Part shown: one piece after another, positions 58,234 to 64,000 of the stretch
Position numbering within the stretch: position 1 is the stretch's first letter
Layout of the letters: each line of letters starts with the position of its first letter
Notes under the pieces: generated by a model
The model's database searches: none
What the model was told of the DNA's origin: nothing
The model's input: only the letters and a program-made list of their open reading frames with translations
Assembly (NCBI GenBank): GCA_948466315.1
Contig: CAOJZZ010000002.1
Coordinates: forward strand, 3,700 to 67,699
Direction of reading: 5' to 3'
From: an uncultured Mycoplasmatota bacterium
Lineage (GTDB): Bacteria; Bacillota_I; Bacilli_A; RF39; UBA660
DNA length: 64,000 nucleotides
Program-made: the position numbers and the translations under genes

Positions 58234-60711
58234 GTGATGTGGATGCCATATGAGAGTAATCGACGTAATAATAAAAGTAATTCGTCAGGTAATTTAGGTA
58301 ATCAGACTAATAATGGTGACTTATTTTCTCAAGGTGGAAAATCTAGTTCCACTAATCCTTATTCATCAATTAAGGGTAATCCATTAAATCAAAAAAATTC
58401 TTCTAATACTGATTCTGCTTCAGCTCCTACAGATAAAAAACAACAAGAAAAAGAAGCTACTAAAAATGCTGCTAAGACAGCTGCTAAGGGGGCTGCAACT
58501 TATGTTGCTGGTGGTGCTGGTGGAAAGGCTGTAGATGTTTTAGCTAATACAAAAGCAGGACAACAAGTACTTAATAATGGTGCTGAGTTATTGAATAAGA
58601 TACCAGGTGTTGGTAAAACAGCTAAAAAGTTAGATGATTCTGGTACTATAAAAAAGGCTGATAAAGCTCTTGATATTGCTGGTGGTGGTAAAGTTAATCA
58701 ACCTATGCCTTCTGGTAATAATAAAATGTCTGGTGATAGTAAAGGAGCTACTGGTTCTCCTAGTGAAAGCGGTGGAGGAGGTTCGTTTGGGCCAAAGCCT
58801 CCATTTGGACCTAAATCACCTTTTGGTAAAAGCAAAGATAGAGATTCCGAAGATGGTCAAGCAGATTCAGATTATAATGGAATGGGATTTGGTCACATAC
58901 CAGTTGGTGTAAAAATTGCAATAGCAGCAATAATTAGTATGGGAGGATTACTTTTTTTATTAGTTATATTGTTTTTTAATATGACTAGTAATATTAAGGA
59001 TTTTGATGATGCACTAGGAGCTAGTATTGCAGCTGGTGATGAGACTGGAAATATTGATTATGAGGCTACTAGTAAAGAAGCCCAAAAATTTTATGATAGA
59101 GTTAATGATGTTAAACTTAGTTTTCAAGCTAAAGGAAAAACTGTTGATTATTTAAAAATTGTTGCAGTATATCATATTTTAAATGAAAATGATTCTAGTA
59201 TTACATATGATGATATGACTACTTCTGCTATTGAAGAGATAGCTGATAGTATGTTTGACAATAATAGTTATTCAGAAGATGTTTTTAGAGAAAATTTAAT
59301 AAATGATATTTTTCCTAAATATTTATCAGATATGACAGATACAGGGTATGAAAAATTAGCCGATGATGTTTTTGATTATATTGATAGATATAATACTTTT
59401 ATTGGTAAGGAATCATCTTCTACTACTTGTGCGTCACTTGGTAGTTGTGTTTATGATATTAAAGGATTTTCTTTTGATGGTAGAAATGTTTCTAAAGCTA
59501 TGAATATTAAAGATTTAAAAGTTAGGTTAATGCAGTGTGGTCCTCCATATGGTCCTGGAAATTATTCAACACCAATTGATGGTGAAGATTTAGTGAATTT
59601 TGAAGATTATATTGCGGGAGTTGCTTATGGCGAAATTGGACCAGATGCTCCTCTTGAAGCTATGAAGGCTCAAATGATAGCAGCAAGAAGTTATGCGCTT
59701 GCTAGGCCTACAGCTATGGGAAATGCTCTGGGTAAAAAACTGGAAGAGGAAAATGGGCAATGGATTTTACAAATATCATCTTGTGTTGCTGATCAGGTTT
59801 TCTGTAATATTGATAAAGGTTGTTCACATTCTGGTGGTGGTCAACAAGGTGGTTATCTTAAAAGTGGTGTTAATTTTCCTGGGCTTTCAGTTTATAAAGG
59901 TCCTTTGCCAGAGGAGCACAATATTCGTGTTGCAGCTGCTGAAACACAGGGAGAGGTTTTACTTAATAGTCAAGGCTATGTTATACAAACTGGTTTTTTA
60001 GCTACTGAGTCTAATATGTTTACTAGTATGGCTAATAGTGGTCTTAATTATAAACAAATTTTATTGCAGGTTTATAATCAAGGGTCTAGGGCATATGGTG
60101 CTGATAGTATTTCTGAGTCGAATTGTAATGATGGTAATAATTCTGGTTGTAGTAGTAGTGATGATGATTCTAGTGGAGGTACTGGTAATGTAGTAAAGGC
60201 TAGAGGCGCATATGCTAATTGGAAACAGTTTGGTGCTCCTTGGTCTAATGTTATGGTTGGTGCAAGTGGGCAAAATATTGGTGCTATAGGTTGTTTGGCC
60301 ACATCAGTTGCTATATTAATTGCTAAAAGTAGAGAGAATACAGTGATTAAGGATTTTAATCCTGGAACCTTTGTTTCATATTTAAATAGTCATGGTGGTT
60401 TTATTGGTGGTGGATTATTTGTTTGGTCTTCAGCTACAACTGTTGCTCCAACATTCCATTATCAAGGTCAAGTTAGTGTGGCAGGTTTAAATCAAGCTGA
60501 TAAATTAAATAAAATAAAAAGTTTGGTAAATCAGGGATATTATGTTACTGCTGAGGTAAAAGGTTCAACAGGACAGCACTGGGTAGCAATAGATTCCGTA
60601 TCAGGTAATAATATTATTATGATGGATCCAGGTAGTAATTCAACTAATATGTGGAGTCAGTACAATTGGCAAAATACTAGTACTTTAGGATATTATAAAG
60701 TAAGTAAATAG
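58234..60711 (+). CDS. T4SS-associated cell-wall hydrolase: disordered N-terminal region - TM - SpoIID/LytB-like domain - papain-like (C39-like/CHAP-like) cysteine peptidase
   Basis: SpoIID signature FEDYIAGVAYGEIGPDAPLEAMKAQMIAARSYALARP..AAETQGEVLL. C-terminal W..PW..G..IGAIGCLATSVAIL...GQHWVAIDS (Cys/His). TM IAIAAIISMGGLLFLLVILFF. Start may be the ATG at 58243. Confidence 0.65.
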   Translation: MMWMPYESNRRNNKSNSSGNLGNQTNNGDLFSQGGKSSSTNPYSSIKGNPLNQKNSSNTDSASAPTDKKQQEKEATKNAAKTAAKGAATYVAGGAGGKAVDVLANTKAGQQVLNNGAELLNKIPGVGKTAKKLDDSGTIKKADKALDIAGGGKVNQPMPSGNNKMSGDSKGATGSPSESGGGGSFGPKPPFGPKSPFGKSKDRDSEDGQADSDYNGMGFGHIPVGVKIAIAAIISMGGLLFLLVILFFNMTSNIKDFDDALGASIAAGDETGNIDYEATSKEAQKFYDRVNDVKLSFQAKGKTVDYLKIVAVYHILNENDSSITYDDMTTSAIEEIADSMFDNNSYSEDVFRENLINDIFPKYLSDMTDTGYEKLADDVFDYIDRYNTFIGKESSSTTCASLGSCVYDIKGFSFDGRNVSKAMNIKDLKVRLMQCGPPYGPGNYSTPIDGEDLVNFEDYIAGVAYGEIGPDAPLEAMKAQMIAARSYALARPTAMGNALGKKLEEENGQWILQISSCVADQVFCNIDKGCSHSGGGQQGGYLKSGVNFPGLSVYKGPLPEEHNIRVAAAETQGEVLLNSQGYVIQTGFLATESNMFTSMANSGLNYKQILLQVYNQGSRAYGADSISESNCNDGNNSGCSSSDDDSSGGTGNVVKARGAYANWKQFGAPWSNVMVGASGQNIGAIGCLATSVAILIAKSRENTVIKDFNPGTFVSYLNSHGGFIGGGLFVWSSATTVAPTFHYQGQVSVAGLNQADKLNKIKSLVNQGYYVTAEVKGSTGQHWVAIDSVSGNNIIMMDPGSNSTNMWSQYNWQNTSTLGYYKVSK

Positions 60712-60726
60712 GGGTGAAATCGAAAT

Positions 60727-61503
60727 ATGAAGAAAAAAAGATATATTGTATTATTAATTATTTTAGCTATTTATGTTATTGCAATGTATTTTTTTCTAGG
60801 GGCTAATCATTTAAAAAAAGAGAAGGATTATACCACTATTTTAGTAGGAGATTCAACTATTTGGAATTATTCTAATAAAAAATGGTTGAATGTTACTAGT
60901 AAATCTACAATAAAAGATATTAATTGGAAAGAGTTTACTGTTTATATAGATAATAAAAAATTAGGTAATTATTATTTATGGCATGATGATAAGTGGTATT
61001 TGTTTGATAAGGATAAAAATGCAGTTAACTCATCAGGTAATTTATTTGCTTATCGTTCAAATTTTCCTTTAAAAGTAAAAGAGTTTAGTACTGAGCCAAT
61101 AGTTAATATGGATGTTGTTAGTCAAGTATTAGAGGAAAATAAATTAGATGTTTCTTCTAAATTTACTGTTAATACACTTACTAAATTTGATATAGATAAT
61201 GATAATATCTTGGAGGAATTTTATATAATCAGTAATGTTTTTGCAATAGATTTTGTTCCAGATACTTTATTTTCTATTGTTTTTATGGTAAAAGGGAATC
61301 AGATTTATTATATTTATAGAGATATTGCCCCTAATAAGACGACTAATGGGTGTAAGCCATATTTTAATAGTTTTTTCGATGTTGATTTAGATAATAAATA
61401 TGAGTTTATTTTGAGTTGTGGTCGTTATAGTGTTAAGCAACCTGTTGATATGTTATATAAATTTGAAAAAGATGAATTTAAAATTTTAATTTCCAATCAA
61501 TAA
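60727..61503 (+). CDS. Membrane-anchored hypothetical protein (occupies the position of VirB8/TcpC-like components)
   Basis: N-terminal TM plus ~225-aa ectodomain. The role is inferred from position only. Confidence 0.3.
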   Translation: MKKKRYIVLLIILAIYVIAMYFFLGANHLKKEKDYTTILVGDSTIWNYSNKKWLNVTSKSTIKDINWKEFTVYIDNKKLGNYYLWHDDKWYLFDKDKNAVNSSGNLFAYRSNFPLKVKEFSTEPIVNMDVVSQVLEENKLDVSSKFTVNTLTKFDIDNDNILEEFYIISNVFAIDFVPDTLFSIVFMVKGNQIYYIYRDIAPNKTTNGCKPYFNSFFDVDLDNKYEFILSCGRYSVKQPVDMLYKFEKDEFKILISNQ

Positions 61504-61559
61504 TTAATGACAGTTTTAAAAAGTTAAGTTATAATATAGGGAAGAAGGGAAGTAGGCAT

Positions 61560-63863
61560 ATGAAATTTAAATTTAGAACAGATTCGCATGATTTAGCGGT
61601 TTTTGTGGCATTTGCTATTTTTCTACTTTATATAGTGTGTCTAGGTGTAGTTAATTTATCTACTTTTGCATCAGAAGGAGTTTTATCTGGATTTAATCCA
61701 TTTCCTGCTTTTTCTCCTGAGTATTTAAAAACTACGTTTATTCTTTACTTTTTATGCTTAGTTTGCTTTTTTATTAGTGTAAGTTCTTATTTCTTTGATA
61801 GAGAGAAGGGAATTGGTTTTACAACTGATAAAAAGGATAAGGGATATTCTAGATGGGCAAAGGATAAGGAGATTAAGCAAGAGTTAGAAAGAGTTGGAAT
61901 TTTAGAAGAAAATATTAGTTGTGCAGGAGTTCCATTAATTTTAAATAGTGATGAAATGTGGGTAGATAATAGTGAGTATCATTCTTTAATTATTGGTGCT
62001 ACTGGTTCTGGTAAGACTCAAACTGTTATTTTACCAATGGTTCATAGTTTAGCTAAAGCTAGGGAATCTATGATTATTACTGATCCTAAAGGTGAAATTT
62101 ATGAAAAGACAAGTATGATGCTTAGGGATCGTGGTTATCAGATTTTACTTCTTAACTTCCGTGATCCGCAAAATGGTAATGCTTGGAATCCAATGACTTT
62201 ACCATATAGAATGTATCAGGAAGGTAATCAAGATAAAGCAATTGAGTTATTAGACGATTTGGCTTTGAATATTTTGTATGATGAATCTAATAAAAATGCT
62301 GATCCTTTTTGGGAAAAAACTTCAGCTGATTATTTTTCTGGTGTTGCTTTAGGTCTTTTTGAAGATGCTAAGGAAGAAGAAATTAATATTAATAGTATTT
62401 CTTTAGCTACTACAGTAGGTGAAGAGAAATTTGGTGGGTCTACTTATATTAAAGAATATTTTGGTTTTAAAGATCCAGGAAGTGCTGCTGCTATTAATGC
62501 ATCTAGTACTATTATGGCACCTACAGAAACAAAAGGAAGTATTTTATCTGTTTTTAAACAAAAGGTAAAATTATTTGCTTCTCGTGATAATTTGAGTGAA
62601 ATGCTTTCTCATAGTGATATTGACTTGGAAAGTATAGGTGAAAAGCCTACAGCGGTTTTTATAGTAATTCAAGACGAAAAGAAGACTTACCATTCATTAG
62701 TTACTATCTTTTTGAAGCAGGTTTATGAAACATTGATTGCTGTTGCTCAAAAGAATGGAGGCTCTTTACCTGTTAGAACTAATTTTTTGTTAGACGAGTT
62801 TGCTAATATGCCACCGTTAAAAGATGTTACTACTATGATTACAGCGGCTCGATCTAGAAAAATTAGATTTACAATGATTGTACAAAACTTTGCACAGTTA
62901 GATTCTGTTTATGGAAAAGAAGATGCTGAAACTTTAAGGGGTAACTGTGGTAATTTGATTTATTTAGTTACAACTGAGTTAAAGGCATTGGAAGAGATTT
63001 CTAAGATGTGTGGTGAGGTAAAGTCTAAAAAAGATGATAAGACAGCTTCAACACCACTAGTTACAGTATCTGATTTACAAAGAATGAAACAGTTTGAAGT
63101 TATTATTTTAAGAATGCGGAAGCAACCATTTAAGACTAAGTTTACACCTTATTATAAATTAGATTGGGGTAGGACTTATCCTAAAGCAACTTATCCAACA
63201 AGGGTTAAAGAGGAAGTTCATACATTCGATATTAAGGAGTATGTAAAAACACAAAAGAAAAAGAAATTATTAGAAATGATGAACTCATCTGATGGTAGTT
63301 CGAAAGAGATGATGGGTGGTAATCCATTAGATTCTATGGCTAAGATGAATTCTGTTTCTGGAATGCCTCCTATGGATCCAAGACGATTAATGCAACAAGG
63401 GAATATGCCTTTTCCACCATCAGATGATGCTAAATTACCAGACTTTTTGACTCGACCTGATAATGGTAGTGTTGTTCATCCTGGTAATGATAGTTTTAAT
63501 TCTTCATTTAATCCTCCTTTTAAACCTCGTAAGAAAGAACATGAGGATATGAGTTTTAATATTGATGACTTAGTAAAAAAGATTGATGCTAAGATTGCAG
63601 AGCTTGAAGAAGAAGAGAGACAAAATAAGAAGAGAGAAGAAGAGAGGAAAAAGTCAATTTCACAAAATGATATGGAAAAGACTGATAAGGTTTTAGATGA
63701 TGATTCAATAAAAAAAGAAGTTTTGGATTCTTTTGATGATACAGTAGATGATAAAGATAAATTAAATACTTCACAGGAAAAAGCATCGATTAATTATGAT
63801 TTAAATTTAGACGATGAAGAAGATGATGATGATGATTTCTTTGATGATTTTTTTGATAATTGA
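61560..63863 (+). CDS. VirD4/TraG-type type IV coupling protein with long disordered acidic C-terminal tail
   Basis: Two N-terminal TMs, Walker A IIGATGSGKTQ, Walker B FLLDEFANMP, MIVQNFAQL. The last ~220 aa are low complexity, ending DDEEDDDDDFFDDFFDN. Confidence 0.8.
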   Translation: MKFKFRTDSHDLAVFVAFAIFLLYIVCLGVVNLSTFASEGVLSGFNPFPAFSPEYLKTTFILYFLCLVCFFISVSSYFFDREKGIGFTTDKKDKGYSRWAKDKEIKQELERVGILEENISCAGVPLILNSDEMWVDNSEYHSLIIGATGSGKTQTVILPMVHSLAKARESMIITDPKGEIYEKTSMMLRDRGYQILLLNFRDPQNGNAWNPMTLPYRMYQEGNQDKAIELLDDLALNILYDESNKNADPFWEKTSADYFSGVALGLFEDAKEEEININSISLATTVGEEKFGGSTYIKEYFGFKDPGSAAAINASSTIMAPTETKGSILSVFKQKVKLFASRDNLSEMLSHSDIDLESIGEKPTAVFIVIQDEKKTYHSLVTIFLKQVYETLIAVAQKNGGSLPVRTNFLLDEFANMPPLKDVTTMITAARSRKIRFTMIVQNFAQLDSVYGKEDAETLRGNCGNLIYLVTTELKALEEISKMCGEVKSKKDDKTASTPLVTVSDLQRMKQFEVIILRMRKQPFKTKFTPYYKLDWGRTYPKATYPTRVKEEVHTFDIKEYVKTQKKKKLLEMMNSSDGSSKEMMGGNPLDSMAKMNSVSGMPPMDPRRLMQQGNMPFPPSDDAKLPDFLTRPDNGSVVHPGNDSFNSSFNPPFKPRKKEHEDMSFNIDDLVKKIDAKIAELEEEERQNKKREEERKKSISQNDMEKTDKVLDDDSIKKEVLDSFDDTVDDKDKLNTSQEKASINYDLNLDDEEDDDDDFFDDFFDN

Positions 63864-63886
63864 TAAAAAGAGAGGGAAAGAAGAAT

Positions 63887-64000
63887 ATGAATTTTAATAT
63901 GCTTAAGAATATGAATAATATTAATAATAATAAAGATAAAGATCAATCAACGTCTAAAAATAATAAAAATAATGATTTGCATAAAAATATGTTGAAATTT
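63887..64000 (+). CDS. Hypothetical protein, N-terminal fragment (continues beyond the window)
   Basis: GAGAGGGAAAG RBS, ATG at 63887. Open N/K-rich frame runs to the window end. Confidence 0.4.
   Translation, partial: MNFNMLKNMNNINNNKDKDQSTSKNNKNNDLHKNMLKF

Larger units (their letters stand above)
38867..64000 (+). other. Contiguous same-strand gene cluster: surface proteins + sortase B + Tad/Flp-like pilus genes + minimal Gram-positive T4SS (continues past the window end)
   Basis: Twenty-two consecutive plus-strand genes with 12-30 nt gaps or overlaps. The only larger gaps (50637-50713, 52424-52481, 52815-52910, 61504-61559) carry promoter-like sequences in three cases. Confidence 0.7.

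Overview
AT-rich chromosomal window from a monoderm, Firmicutes-like bacterium that uses the standard genetic code (TGA is a stop in intact genes). It has four parts. (1) 1-8000 holds the 3' end of tyrS, a ~4-kb cargo-less mobilizable element resembling Tn4451 (MobV relaxase plus large serine recombinase), tRNA-Gly(UCC), and two decayed IS elements (ISNCY-like and IS256-like). (2) 8000-37700 is mostly housekeeping: typA, rpmB, dnaE, lspA, rluD, a hybrid histidine kinase, TspO, rhomboid, greA, and the conserved ireB-ruvX-DUF1292-mltG-trmR-trhP1-trhP2 operon. (3) That operon is split between trmR and trhP1 by a 3.5-kb four-gene insertion. Two of its genes are peptidoglycan hydrolases whose N-terminal two-TM domain matches the small pilin-like proteins of the T4SS further downstream. 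(4) 38867-64000 is one same-strand, tightly packed cluster and the main finding. A Tad/Flp-type pilus operon is followed directly by a minimal Gram-positive type IV secretion system. The Tad part has CpaB-, TadA-, TadB-, TadC- and TadZ-like genes, an unannotated 53-aa pilin and two pseudopilin-like genes, and is co-operonic with a class B sortase, a 994-aa Cys-rich exoprotein and two surface proteins. The T4SS part has two VirB2-like genes, VirB6-like, PrgI/VirB3-like, a split VirB4, a SpoIID+cysteine-peptidase hydrolase and a VirD4 coupling protein. No relaxase, integrase or prepilin peptidase is visible in the cluster. All calls come from reading motifs by eye in the supplied translations; no database search was run.
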